From: Epiperipatus broadwayi
Lineage: Eukaryota > Animalia > Onychophora
Length of the DNA stretch: 64,000 bases
Reading direction: 5' to 3'
Assembly (NCBI GenBank): GCA_028023455.1
Contig: JAQFVV010000004.1
Location: forward strand, 16,182,001-16,246,000
Shown here: positions 25,700 to 38,590 of the stretch, one piece after another
How the letters are laid out: each line of letters opens with the position of its first letter
Numbering within the stretch: the first letter of the stretch is position 1
Program-made: the position numbers and the translations under genes
Notes under the pieces: generated by a model
The model's database searches: none
The model's input: the letters and a program-made list of their open reading frames with translations, nothing else
Told to the model about the DNA's origin: nothing

Positions 25700-27200
25700 A
25701 AAGGGAAAAACTTCGGTAGCGTGGAAAGAAAAAAAAACCTAAAAATTTAATATGTTCAAAAAGATAAGAATCTATGTTTCAAAGTACACCTTTGACGATA
25801 AACGAAATGCGGGTTTTTATGGAGTATAGTTAAAGCATGAGTTTAAATAAAAATAAATGATCGTCGAAATTTAAATTTAAATGAAAAAAAACATATACTA
25901 AAATTTGTGTAATTAATTAAAGAAAATAAAGAAATAAGTAAAATGTAAATAGTGCTATAAAATCATGTAAAATAAGTTTAAATATGGCTGAAGGCATAGC
26001 ATGGAAGGTGTCAACAACAAGTGGAAACAAAGAATCCGAAGGACAAAGGACCATTGGAATGTTTTAATTAAAAAGGAAGTTAAGTGGAAAGCTAGAGAGA
26101 TTGTAGCAGAGATTAGAGCTTGAGACTTCGAATCGAGAAGGTGAAATTTTGCGGCTCCAAGAATCAATCGATATAGCTAGCCAATATGACATCTACTATC
26201 GGTGCCTCACATACTATGGCTGGCTAAGGCCTTCATGATCGCTGGTCGATCCGGACCATCTGTACCAATGGTTCTGCTATAATGTAACAACTGCTGTAGT
26301 AATGCCTGCCTGTGGATTCCTGTAGTTGCCCTGCTTGTGATGCCTTGTCCTCCGTGCCTGAATAACCAAGAAGCTACACACCGCCAAATATGATAGGCGA
26401 CCGTCCCTCCTAAAGAAGTGGAGAAAATCCACATGACGGTCGACCACATCGGAAGGAACAAAACCCTAGGTAACTTGAATATTATTTTTATAAATCGTCA
26501 TAAGTGCACTTAAATTCAATAGACAATGGCCAAATGCCTTTCCTGAATGACAATGACATTCTCTTATGATAGACAGTGAGTCTAATGATTATAAATGTGA
26601 AAGCATTTATAAGAATTTCAATTAGTTATTTTAAGTATTCATTTATTATTAGAATTTCAAATATTTATTCCTTATAGCACTATAAAAAATATAATATGTT
26701 TAATTTTATGTTAATATTTCTTATGTCTTTTTTTTTATCAAACCTAATTATTTTTATTATTAAAAAAATGTATTAATTTATCTAAATCTGTCTCGCCTCG
26801 TTCTTCGCCACTCCAAAAAATAGTTTAACATTAGAGAGGGGGGGGTAAACTATTATTCATGTTGATATTCTTTTTTAGTTATTAAATTAGCACATGAACG
26901 TTGATGGTGCAGTGTTTTAGCCCGTAAAATTTATAAATTAGCCAAGCGCTGTAACAGTAATATCTTACAGCAGTCGGGAGAAAGCTGATCGGGAAAAATA
27001 ATCTGGAAGCTATATCCATATAGCTGACAGATTCGGTCAGGTACGGAAATCGATTCGTTTATTTCCGTATTTCTCTCTGCTTGAGGTAGCGGAAAGTGGA
27101 TGATTTTTGAATTAGAAGAATTCCCCATTACATGTTATAAGTGAAAGGGAAGTTGGAGCTTTCGATCGTCCTGTGCCCGTTACAATAGAGAGAAACAATA
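25700..27200. promoter_or_regulatory. CpG-retaining island, candidate promoter / 5' exon region of unidentified host gene(s)
   Basis: Abrupt rise in CG dinucleotides and GC content against depleted flanks; donor-like sites CCTAG|gtaact (26470) and GTCAG|gtacgg (27041) on plus and AGTAT|gtgagg on minus. No repeat match seen within the window. Confidence 0.5.
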
Positions 27201-29392
27201 AGAGAGAATCTCAAGTCAAATCACATGTTATTTATATCTTGTTAATTAATATATTAATGAGATTGTTAACATAGATATTGTCATGAATATGTAATTATAA
27301 GTTTACCCTTTCTAATTTATTGAGCAATTATTACACTTTAATTAGAGATCATTTGAACAACAGCATTCAAAACAATGTGTCTTCCTTTTAAATTTTAAAA
27401 TAAAATAACGGACTTAATTTCTTTTTTAAAAAATAAAATACCTTTGTTTTAAGAGATTATTTCCAATAATATATTTTTAAATAACAACTATTACTTTTAA
27501 AACATTCTTAACTTAAAATATATATGATAGTCTCATATTTATACAATAATCATGCATATATATATATTCATATACGCACATGAGAATGTTATTTGTGATT
27601 TACCTAAACTTACTGTTTTTAAAATAAACAGATAGACAAAACATTATTGTAACTTATATTAAGCATACTATATTTAAATGTATTAATAACTTTATAATGA
27701 GATATTAAATTTAATGCAGTGAATTTACTAAGCATTTTACTTCACAAAAAAAAAAATAAGAAAAATAGATTGCAAATTATTTTTAAAAAATAAAAACAAA
27801 TCATGAATTACTTTATATTTTGAGCATGTCTATAATAATGTAAAAAATTGAGATAAAACATTACTTGGGGATTTTAAACTTTTATTAATATATACAACAT
27901 GGCACTAAATTTCAATATATATATATATGATAATATCTATTTAAATCTAATAGAGGGCAATACAATATATACAAGGATAATGTATAATTTAGACAACTAA
28001 AGGTGTTGTTTAAGAATGTAATATTACAGCAAGCACCATATTAGTTCTATGTATATGTGTAAGAGTACTTAATATAAAATAAAATATGTAATTCCTTCAT
28101 TAAATATAACACAAGAATTGTACATTTACTTATGGATTTAAAAGAAATCTTCTGAATATTGAAATTTTTAAATAATACTGAATTTTTTTTAATAATATGA
28201 TTTTCACCCTGTACCATTATTTATTGTTGTCGCATAAATGAATCTGTTAATTTTTTTTTATTAACCTATTACCAGGATTAAACACTAATTATTATCCATT
28301 AATATTATCAACTCACTAAATCGGGGGAAATAATAATTCTGTGCTTTTAAAATTTGAAAATGAAGAAGTTTCTTTGGTACAGGCTTTTTTAATTGTCTGT
28401 AAACACTAATAACCAATCTTTTAGCTTTATAGACTAATTTCAAAATTTTGTTGAACTTGTAATACTAATTTATATATGTATTTAATTTTTATGTCATCAT
28501 AATCATTTCATTGATTCATAGAAATTGTCTATAATTCTAGCTACAATAATTTTTATATTCAAAAGTTGAATGGGTTTAGTTATTTATGTTCTTGGTTTTT
28601 TTTTAAAATTTATCAAATGAATATTGGTTAACACTGACTATTGTTCTCCTTATTATTATTAAAAATTCTTTCTGTATTTGTTTTATTTATTTTGCGTAAA
28701 AATAATGTTATTATGTTGTGAGTTATTTATTCATAATTTGGAATGTTCATTTGATTTTTCAACTAAAATTTATACAAAAACTTAAGGGGGGTTATATAGC
28801 TATTTAGCTCAGTCTTTGTCTGTTTCTTACAGGTTGAGATCAGTGAGATTGAATTCATTTGTTTATGTTCTCAGTTCATTTTTAACCATTCAAAATATTA
28901 TAACTCTTGATGACATCTGCTTCATCTTTGTGTAAGAAGCAGTGTGTAATTTTCTATACAAATTTTTGCCAGTATACAATTTAAGAAAGTAATCACCAAT
29001 ATAGTTCAAACTCCTATCTGTTTATATAGAACTGCAACTTGACTGACACAGTATCAGAGAAAAGATTTTTAATAAACTTTCGTTAATTATAATTGTGGAT
29101 AGTTTACCATTTGTTGTTTTATCATATGATAAGGCATATATTGATCTTTTTCATTTTGGTGGTAAATTTTCATGAATTACTCAGTGTTACATCAAAGACC
29201 AGTGACTCTTACCATATTGCTTAGCAAATTTTTAAAGATATTTATACTAAGTAATGGAATGTTTCTATGAAGATTTGTGATAAAAGAATTTTAGTAGTAA
29301 TTATATGTTAGACTATTTTCATCATCTAATATTAAATATTGAATGTCTTTGAAAAAAATTGAAATTACATTTACACTTTCCAAATATATTCA

Positions 29393-29804
29393 ACTAAACA
29401 TCACGTGATCACTATTTCTTATGCTAGCACATTACTGTTATTAAAACATGCAAAACTCTATACAGTAGTGCCACTCAGTACCTACCAGAGTAATCATGGA
29501 TGCCAGAAGGCTTGTACATAAAATCCTCATCTAGTGCCTACTCATCCAATACTGTATACCCTGACTAGTTTCTGGTTTGTGGCCTTCATCAGTGAGTAGC
29601 CTTGGATCTGAGAGCACTGCATCTAAGACATAGGTGCAGTGCTCTCAGATTCAAAGCTCCTCACTGACGAAGGCCACAAGCCAGAAATTAGTCTGGGGAT
29701 ATTGGATGAGTAGGCACTAGTTAGGGATTTTATACACAAGCCTTCTGGCATTCATTGATTACGCTGGTTGGCACTGAGTGGCACTACTGTATGGAGAGTT
29801 TTAC
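29393..29804. mobile_element. Family A fold-back element
   Basis: Inverted arms around a centre near 29628; TSD ATTCAACT (29388-95, 29805-12); hammerheads at 29557-29598 (minus) and 29658-29699 (plus). Confidence 0.9.
29658..29699 (+). ncRNA. Minimal type I hammerhead ribozyme motif (family A), core intact
   Basis: TCCTCA-CTGACGA-AGGCCACAAGCCA-GAAA-TTAG-TC-TGGGGA. Confidence 0.85.
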
Positions 29805-30099
29805 ATTCAACTGTTAGTAATAACACACATGTTAGTATATAACATAATATTTCAAGTGGTATTATTCTGCTTTTTTCTTTGGGTGTTGCTGGCTTGACCA
29901 GTGACAATGACTAGTATGGGAATCTAACCTGGATCTTTAGATTCTGAATATTGAATTTAAGGAAATATATAATAATATGACAGTGTTACATGAACTTGTT
30001 TCTTAAAATATAATAGTTACATAAATGAACTATTCAAAGTTTTAATAATTGATTGGCTAATTTGTTTATGATGTCATAAAATGTGTAAAAGAGTTCTAT

Positions 30100-31545
30100 T
30101 CTATCAAGAATTACATAGTAATAAAAAAAGAAAAGTATCCCCCACAATATCTTCTGAATTGCCAAGAATTTTAAATGAAGTGAATTATGCAATTAAATTT
30201 ATGAAGGGAAAAGTTCCAATTAATTGTGGAATTGATATCTTAAAAGCAGTAGGTGAAGAAATAGAAAAATTTTGGTAAAGTTATATACCAAATGTCTAAA
30301 TGATAAAGATGTACCAGATGATTAGAAGAATGCAGTATTAATATTACAAACCTATCAATTTTTTATTAGTTTTATACAAAATTTTTACTAAGATAATTAT
30401 ACACTGAGTCTGCAATAAACTGTGGATTTCAACCAACAAAAAGAACAAGCTGGATTTAAAATTAGTTTTACTATAATGGATCATGTCCAAGTATTGAAAG
30501 AAGTTATAGAGAGAACCAATGAATATGAGTTGCCATTATATTTTGGATTTGTAGATTATGAAAAGGTATTTGATTATATAAGCAGTTCTTCAGTGATTAA
30601 AGCATTGGATTATCAAGGTATAGATCCAGGGTATTGTCATATTCTAAAAAATATTTATAAAAATTCAATATGAACATTTAGATTGAAAAGGATGTATGAT
30701 AGGGTGACTCCATATCTCCAAAACTTTTTACAGCTGTGCTGCAAGAAGTATTTTGTGAATTAAAATGGGAAGCTAAAGGAATAAAAGTAAATGGAGATTA
30801 TTTAAGTCAACTAGATTTTTTTGATGATGTAGTTGTTTTTTCAAATAATGCTTTAGAGCTTCAGGAAATGCTACACGAGTTATCAGATGAAAATAAGTAA
30901 GTAGGACTAAAGGTAAACTCTAAAAAGACTAAAGTAATGTTCAATGGATTTTCTCAAAAGATGAAAACAAAGATTGATAATGAGAGTTAGTAGAAGTTTA
31001 CAACTAAATACCTTGATCAGATTGTTATTATTATTATAGATGGAAACAATGAATGAAATTAATCATAGAATTTAACTTGGTTGAAGTGCTTTTGGTAGAA
31101 ATAGCTTAATATTAAAAGGAAATATGCCAATGTGTTTGAAAAAGATTTTTAATAAATGTGTTTCACAAGTTTTCACTTATGGATCTGAGACTTGAAGACT
31201 TAACAGAAGAGTAATAATGTTAGGAGTTAACAAGAAAAGATCAAAAACAAAATATATGGATATGACAACAAATGGGTGTTATTGAAATAGTTGAAATAAT
31301 CTAGAGACTGAAGGGAGTTGGGCTGGATATATTGCTAGAAGACATGCTAATAGATGGATAGTCAAAATCTTATATTGGATTCCAAGAGATTGTAAAAGAT
31401 CTTGAAAGCAACCACCTGTGAGATGTATGTATGAAATATGGACATGTATGGGAATGATGTGGAGAAGAGAGTCTAGAGATTGAAGATGGATTGAATTTTG
31501 AGAGATTCATACTATTGTGGATTCATAATAATTGAAAATGATGGT
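30100..31545 (+). mobile_element. Decayed, 5'-truncated RTE-clade LINE (RT domain to 3' end)
   Basis: ELPRILNEVNYAIKFMKGKVP, QQKEQAGFK...DHVQVLKEVIERTNEYELPLYFGFVDYEKVFD, GDSISPKLFTAVLQEVF, LDFFDDVV; 3' end homologous to the other RTE copies. Confidence 0.92.
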
Positions 31546-32269
31546 GATATATGATCTATTATTTTATTAGTATATAATGTCAAGTGTAATAATTCCTTCA
31601 AAATAATAATTAAATAAAATAAGAAAATTCACACAGAAATTGGCATGTGTTTAACAAACAGTTTAGTATATTATTGTGTATATTTTTAAATCACAAATGC
31701 ACAGCTATAACTGATGCAAATAATGAAAAAGTGTGTAATGATAATATGGATGAAAGCAACTGATCAAAAATAACCCCAAAATGGTACACCACAGAAAAAA
31801 TTCAAGGGTAGCATCCTATATATATGAAAGTCAATAGTGGTAATGAACAAATTAGTAAAATGACAACATCATGCTAGAATAAGCAAAATAATATATTGAT
31901 GGAATGTTTTCAAAATTTTTACTTTTAATTAAAAGATATAAAGAAGATAGAAGACAATTGCAGATGATTTAGAAAAAATACGCAAAAATTAAAAAAAAAG
32001 TTAATTTAATATGCTAAAATTAGTGTAATAAACCTGATAATACAATGATTGAATCTATTGTAAAAGTATTAGTAATCGAATGAAATTTAAACAAAAAAAA
32101 TATTATTAGAAAATTGATGTCAAATATATTTATGTATTATTTTCAGTTTAGCAAGGTACACATTTTTATTATAATGTCATGCATAATGTTTAAGATGTTA
32201 AAATTTGTATTTATTTTCTTCTCTGCCTTAAATTATTTCACTATAATATTTAAATGTTGAATATTGTAA

Positions 32270-33320
32270 AACCATAACATAATTATTTCATGCTTTGAAA
32301 TCAATTTTGAGATTGGTATTTATATGCACTGGGCATTGAATATTATTCTGAAATATTTATGCATTCAGCTGTTGAGACGATTCTGGATAAGTTTGCTAGT
32401 TGGCTATTTTAGAGTGATATCAAAAATTAGAAATTATTATGAACATGCATATTTGATTGTATATTTATGTATATAACTTAACTACTTTTTAAAGTTTAAA
32501 CAAACCATGTCAACCCAACTTTGATATCATGTTGAAATAACTGGCCAATAATTTTTTTTAGAACAACTGTTTTATGGAATCGACTGCAACAAGCCCACAT
32601 CTAGTATTCAAATGTAATGTATAAATGCTTTACATATGAATCCCACACTTCAAACCAATTAGAATTTAAAGAATGAAATAATTTCAAAACAGTTTTTTTA
32701 ATATTAACCATTAAAGGATTATTAGTAATCCAGTAAACCGTAATCCAAATGCGCATAATGCTAAGAAAGAGTGTGTTATGATTATTTCATGCTTTAAAAT
32801 CTAACCAGTACAGAGTTTATTTATATGGAAAAGTCTTTGACTATTATATTAAAATACTATAGCATCAAGTGAATAGTGAAGTTGATTTCATTAAATAATT
32901 GTCCTGAAATATCTGATTGCATCTAAAGTCAACTAGATAAAAGTGTGTTACCAGTGTATTCAATTTCAGATTTGTTTAAACTTTATTAAGAAGTAATTAA
33001 CTTATATTATTTATTTGCTTTGCATTATGTACATTTTATAAGATAGCAATTCGATATTGTACTCAACTTTGTCTTAGGCTAATTTGCCGTAATGTTTAAA
33101 TGCATAATATTTAACGGACCACATCATGATTATTTTATGCTTGAAAATCTAATCAGTCTTGATTTTGGTATTTATATTGAAAGGCTTTATTGCAACCATC
33201 TGAAAAACACCTTTAATGTTCTGAAACATTTGTCCTAATTGGTTGATTATTTAGCATGTATTTTATTAAGAGCATTTAACTTACATTACTTAAAAGTTTA
33301 GCATTATGCATATTTAGTTT
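32270..33320. repeat. Old degenerate direct repeats (three units, 350-500 bp apart)
   Basis: ATTATTT(C/T)ATGCTT(T/G)(G/A)AAATC...TATTTATAT recurs at about 32280, 32780 and 33130. Confidence 0.55.
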
Positions 33321-34044
33321 ATATGTATAATGTATATATATATATATGTAAACTATTATATCAGTTATATATAAAATAAAAAATAGATATTTGACTCAAC
33401 TATATTGAAAAGATTTATAGCAATGTTTGAAAACCAATTCTTTTTTAATAGATGTTTATTCATATTATGCAATTGCTCTATAACAGAAGAAGATGAATCA
33501 TCATTACTATTGTGGCAAAATTTAAGATATTTAAAATGAAAACTGTTGCTTAAACATGAATATGCTCTTGTACCAATTTTATTTACCAGTTTTAAAACAA
33601 TGATATTTGGAATAATTTATAACAGGCTTCATGAAGATGGTATCAAGATGCAAAATAGATTTAATGATGTAGTTTTTAATTTGAATTAATTAAAAGCTAA
33701 AATAGTATATCTTCATATTTTTAAAGAAGTGTATAAAGAATTTGTTTTAGTAATTAATGATCAAAATTCTCAAGTGCTTTATCAGTTAATCTGGAAAAAA
33801 AATGTCCAGCAACTTTTAGCTTGGATGGATAACAGTTTAAGAATATGGATGTAGATATTTAAATGCAGTACAATCCCCAGTGTTACATTTAACAAACTGC
33901 TACATTTATTGAATATTGGATAGTATAACAACACTGGAAAAATCACTTTAATATTCTGAAAAAAAAAAAACAATATTTAAATCAAAGTTTGTTATCAATA
34001 TAATGGATATAATAATATCAAATCTGTAAATGTAAGAACATTAT

Positions 34045-34140
34045 TTATTAAAACAGGCAAAACTTCCCATACAGTAGTGACACTCAGAGTAATCAATGGA
34101 TGCCAGAAATAGTGATCATGTGATGTTTAGTGGTTTAACA
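34045..34140. mobile_element. Minimal family A insertion (inverted arm fragment + terminal tail)
   Basis: TTATTAAAACAGGCAAAACT...GGATGCCAGAA joined to ATAGTGATCATGTGATGTTTAGTGGTTTAACA; 13-bp duplication AACATTATTTATT (34037-49, 34137-49). Confidence 0.85.
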
Positions 34141-34883
34141 TTATTTATTGAATTATGCCTTTGAAATAGATGAAAAATAATAAACTTCCTAAAAAATATT
34201 TTATTGCAAAACAGAACATGGTTTTTATGGGAGAGACAGACACCATTTATGCCATAAAATTTATCTCAGATCACTTTTAAGAAATGCACTACTAATTATT
34301 TTTACTTATAGTATATGGTTCAGATTAGAAAATAGTGGAGTGTTACAATTAGTTATGATGTTTCAGCAATAGAAAATATTAAAGAACAGAATTATAATTT
34401 AAAACAGCAGTTTGTGATATAAGGGGATATATTGATGACATCATAAAATGTATCTTAACTTTTATTTTTTTTAATGTTTTGTTTATAAGATTAGAGTAAC
34501 CTTCTCCATTATGAGTGATTACTAATTAAAAAATCAAATCATTTATTATTTAACAACGACAGAAATCAAAATCTGATCTAATTTTAATACAATAAATCGA
34601 TTTCTTTATAAAGAGGTTGTTAAAGAGATGTCACATGATTTTCACCCTCCACCTCCACTCCCCACAATTTTCAATAATACAGAAATGTTTTATGAATCAA
34701 AAATTTGGTTCATTCAAATTGTTCATGTTTTTGTTTATTCTTAAATAATTTATGAAATTGCAACCCACAATGACACTAATATTAAGTTTTTATATTAGAG
34801 TTTATTTTTTTGTAACTATTTCCTCCAGGTATATAATTTCATTTTGGCTACTCATATGTTTAGGTTTTAACCTGCATATAACT

Positions 34884-35034
34884 AAATTAAATAATCAATC
34901 CAAATAAAATTGAAATCAAACTGGCTTTCAATCTCCATTGAGATCTCAATGAAGATGAAAGCCAGTTTGATGAAAACTAAAATATAATTATCATTAGTTG
35001 TTTATTTCAATCTTATTTAGATTGATTATTTAAT
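34884..35034. repeat. Fold-back centred on TTGAGA|TCTCAA
   Basis: Arms AATTAAATAATCAATCCAAATAAAATTGAAAT-CAAACTGGCTTTCAATCTCCATTGAGA and their inverse, with a ~33-bp insertion in the right arm. Confidence 0.8.
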
Positions 35035-35965
35035 TATATATATATACACGTTACGACATTATGGACCAATAAATTATAGTGGATATTTGACCATTATAGT
35101 TACATAACTAAATATTCATCTATTTTTTTGATCTTTTTTGTAAAAAGTATTCTTTTTTATTGTTGTAAATGGTACTCTTTTATTCATTTTATTAGCTTTA
35201 GATTTATTAAATGTCACTCTTATTGTTGAAAAGATTTTTGGATACAGGACATATTTTTAAAATGAAGATCAGAATAGTTCAAACTATATTTTCTGTAATT
35301 TTTTATAGATATTAAAATTAAACATTGCCTTACAATCTACTTGAGATAAAATACATGGTGCTTTTTCTATCACTAGATTCTGGATTAATTTCATTATTAT
35401 TTGGTAACTTTTCTCAAGTTTACCACCACCACCCTTTATTATACAACATACTACATTCATTTTGTTTGTCCTCTGGTATGCTAGATGTACATTTCTATAT
35501 GCCCAATACCCACAAAGATAACAAACACTATTATTAATAAGCTTAAGTCAATAAGAAATCGTGACCAAACATTGGTCTAACAGATTATATAATCATACTT
35601 GTATCAGAATAAGGCTATATGGGGATATCTTCAGATACTAGAATTATGCCTATTTCCTTCTCTCTTTCCCTTCTCAAGAAAATACTTTCCTATTTTATCA
35701 ATTTATCCTAATTGTATTTACTGAATATATGTAAAAATTACTGTGACATTTTTTTCTACTTCCTGCTATGTATAAACCTTTATAAAGTCCAATAAAGTTG
35801 CTGTTGAAGGATAAAGTTAAACTCTGGAGAAGAAAAATATTGATCATGTGAGTTGTAATGCTATTAGAAGGTTCTGGACAGCAAAAAAAAAAAAATGCAA
35901 ATAAACATTCAGTCAGATTAAGAACTGGTTCTGTTATTTTATTAATTATAAAGTGTATAATATTT

Positions 35966-36020
35966 ATAGAGATTGGTAATAAAAGAAAAAGATAGAGATT
36001 GGTAATAAAAGAAAAAGATA
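35966..36020. repeat. 26-bp tandem duplication
   Basis: ATAGAGATTGGTAATAAAAGAAAAAG twice. Confidence 0.9.
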
Positions 36021-36692
36021 CATAACAATAAATGAGATGGATAGATAAAAATCCAAACATGCTAATTCTTCAAGAAAAGATCATCGGTAGTTAGCAATTG
36101 AATGCACAGCGCCTAATAATGAAATATATTAAAAGATATACATTGTTTATTCTTTTTGTTTACTTATTTTCTGTGGCATAACTACTACTAAGTTCATTAA
36201 GCAATACTTAAGGGCAAGGGATATAAGAGATCTCGGAATAAAATCTGTAATGGTTTATATATAAGAAAAATAATATTTTTTTGCATTTGTTCTGATTGAG
36301 AATTATTAATTGTAAACAAACATATACTGTTTATTTTTGATGTCCAGTTATTTTTTTTTCTATTTCATTTATTGCAAAATGACAATACTTTATATTACAT
36401 TATAACAGAAAATTATGCAAATATGTTTTTTTTGTGGAACTATTTTTTTTAGAAATACTGCAGTGATGAAAAAATAACTGGGTCTCATCACAGTTAGCCA
36501 ATAACTAGTTAAAATATATATCATTGTTTAGCTCATATTTAGTTTAAATTTAATATGTTAAAGAAATTAGTAATTTTACAATGGTAAAGTGAAAAGATTT
36601 ATTTACTTTGTATGATAAATAATTAAAAAGTTTAATAATTCTAAACTTGCATTTTGTACACAATTAATGAAGTTGGAAAAAAATAAATAAAT

Positions 36693-36737
36693 AAGCTTAG
36701 TGCTTTTGGGAATTCTATGTTCCCATATTCATAGCTC
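36693..36737 (-). ncRNA. Hammerhead-like motif with atypical core (variant copy 2)
   Basis: GAGCT-ATGAATAT-GGGAA-CATAGAA-TTCCC-AAA-AGCACT-A-AGCTT; the GAA to AAA change is consistent with CpG decay. Confidence 0.6.
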
Positions 36738-37140
36738 TTTTCATTAATAGTTAGTAGATATCACAGTAATGTATGCAAATTTATGTAAAAATATTTAAAC
36801 AGTCCACTTTTTAGAGATTACAAAGCAACCGTCTCTTCTATTGATCACTTTAGGGTTTTCTGCGATGAAACGAGCTGCCTTCACTTTGCGCTAAGTGCAA
36901 AATATTTCAGCTGACATCATCTGGAAGGTGTGATCAGTGACTCTCATGCTCTACAAATATTGAGTTGCCTTCGGCCTTAGTTCATCTTCTATTATATATG
37001 TATTGATGCTGCAATACCCTAGTGGCGATGTTTGCTTTGGTTTCTCTGTAGTATGTTGCTTGGCAACCTCCATGGGGGCAATGCTGAATAAGAACAAAAC
37101 TTTACTTAATCAATCCATATGTTATGCAAGACTTCAAAAA
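36693..37140 (-). mobile_element. Penelope-like element 3' relic (GIY-YIG + hammerhead-like motif)
   Basis: Minus strand reads CPHGGCQATYYRETKANIATRVLQHQY...EGNSIFVEH; ends in the variant motif at 36693-36737 and an AATAAA-type tail. Confidence 0.8.
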
Positions 37141-37972
37141 TAAAAGACCACTTGAGATCACACAGCCAATATTACTTCAATTTTGGGTTGTGGTTTAATG
37201 TTACTAATGTTTGCATTAAAATTCATTTTTAATGTTATTGATGCAATACAACTCCAACACCAAATGAAAACTTTTCTAAAGTATGAATCTTCTAAAACTA
37301 ATAAATGAACTGTTACCATTGTGCCAACCAATTTTTATATCAAGAATAAACTAACTTAATCATCACAGAAAACCCAGTGCATGCTGTTGATTATTATTTG
37401 ATAAACTGTCTATCATCAAAAAAAAGTTATGGCCTTCTATTTTATCAATTAAACTTCTTCCCTAGTAAAAAGTTTCCCTAAGATAATAGCTACATTAGTT
37501 TAGGTCTTACATTCAGGTCTAAAAGAATTAACACCAAACAACTTTTGCACTTTACACTTAGCTATATTTAGAAAAACAGCATTTTTCTTACAACTATTAT
37601 ATCCTGTTTTGTTACCATTATCATTAATGATATTATATCTTTCTATTACTTAAATAATCTGACAAGTATGATGTATTCATTTTACAACTTTATTATATTC
37701 TTTATAGTGACGGAAAAGGTGGATCCCTAATAAGAACTACCAAAACATTATTATAATATTCAGAATAAATATATTCTATTTTTATATGACTTATTATTAA
37801 TTATATTATGCAAGATGACAATTAAGGATTCTTATATACCTATGTTCATCAATGCTTTCTCAATGAGTTTTGAATACTTTACACTTTCATAGTTATAATT
37901 GCTGTATATGTAATTCAGGGTTGGAATGTGGTTATACAAATACATAATTTCATTATCATAATTAGTCTAGAG

Positions 37973-38590
37973 AAGGGGTAACCAACTTTTAGGTACTAAA
38001 TATGATGCATTTGGGATGAAATTTGACACACTGGAGTCCTAATTATAAGAATAAAAAATAAGCCTAGATCCTTGTAAACTAATATTATTAATCAAAAACA
38101 GTTTTTATTAATACTCAGAAAATAAAAACTTAAATTGATTATGCCAATCTTTAAAAAAAATTGTTCCATGTTCAGTCTGAGAGTTCACACTTAATATATT
38201 TGTCTAATATTTTATGTGACTAATCCAGAATGAATCCGTAATAGTTTTTAACCTTCATTTAGACATTGTTCATATTTTATAAGCTTCATAGATGTATTTT
38301 TTTACAAAAATTATCGTCAACATAAAATTGATAAATAAAAAAAAATATTAAGGCTGTCAGACTCGAATTTGAAAAATATTGTGCTGAAGCAAAACAAACT
38401 CAAAAGTCTCATTAAAGTAAGATATATTTACACACTAAATTTTTTGCAGTACATTATTATGTTATGAAAAAATGGTAAATTTTATTTGCATGTACATATT
38501 TTATACAATTGTAAGAGTAATACAAAAGTTGTATGGTGCATGTGATCTCGTGCATTAATATATATATTGAAAAACATTGCCGTTCCTGGT
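37973..38590 (+). mobile_element. Internally deleted hAT (Buster-like) relic
   Basis: Left end AGGGGTAACCAAC resembles a hAT TIR; internal EFEKYCAEAKQTQKSH* is the typical Buster/Charlie C-terminus. The right end and TSD are not resolved. Confidence 0.55.

Noticed and set aside
26230-26440. TGA-rich plus frame as a selenoprotein
   Set aside because: The frame also contains TAG and I found no convincing SECIS.
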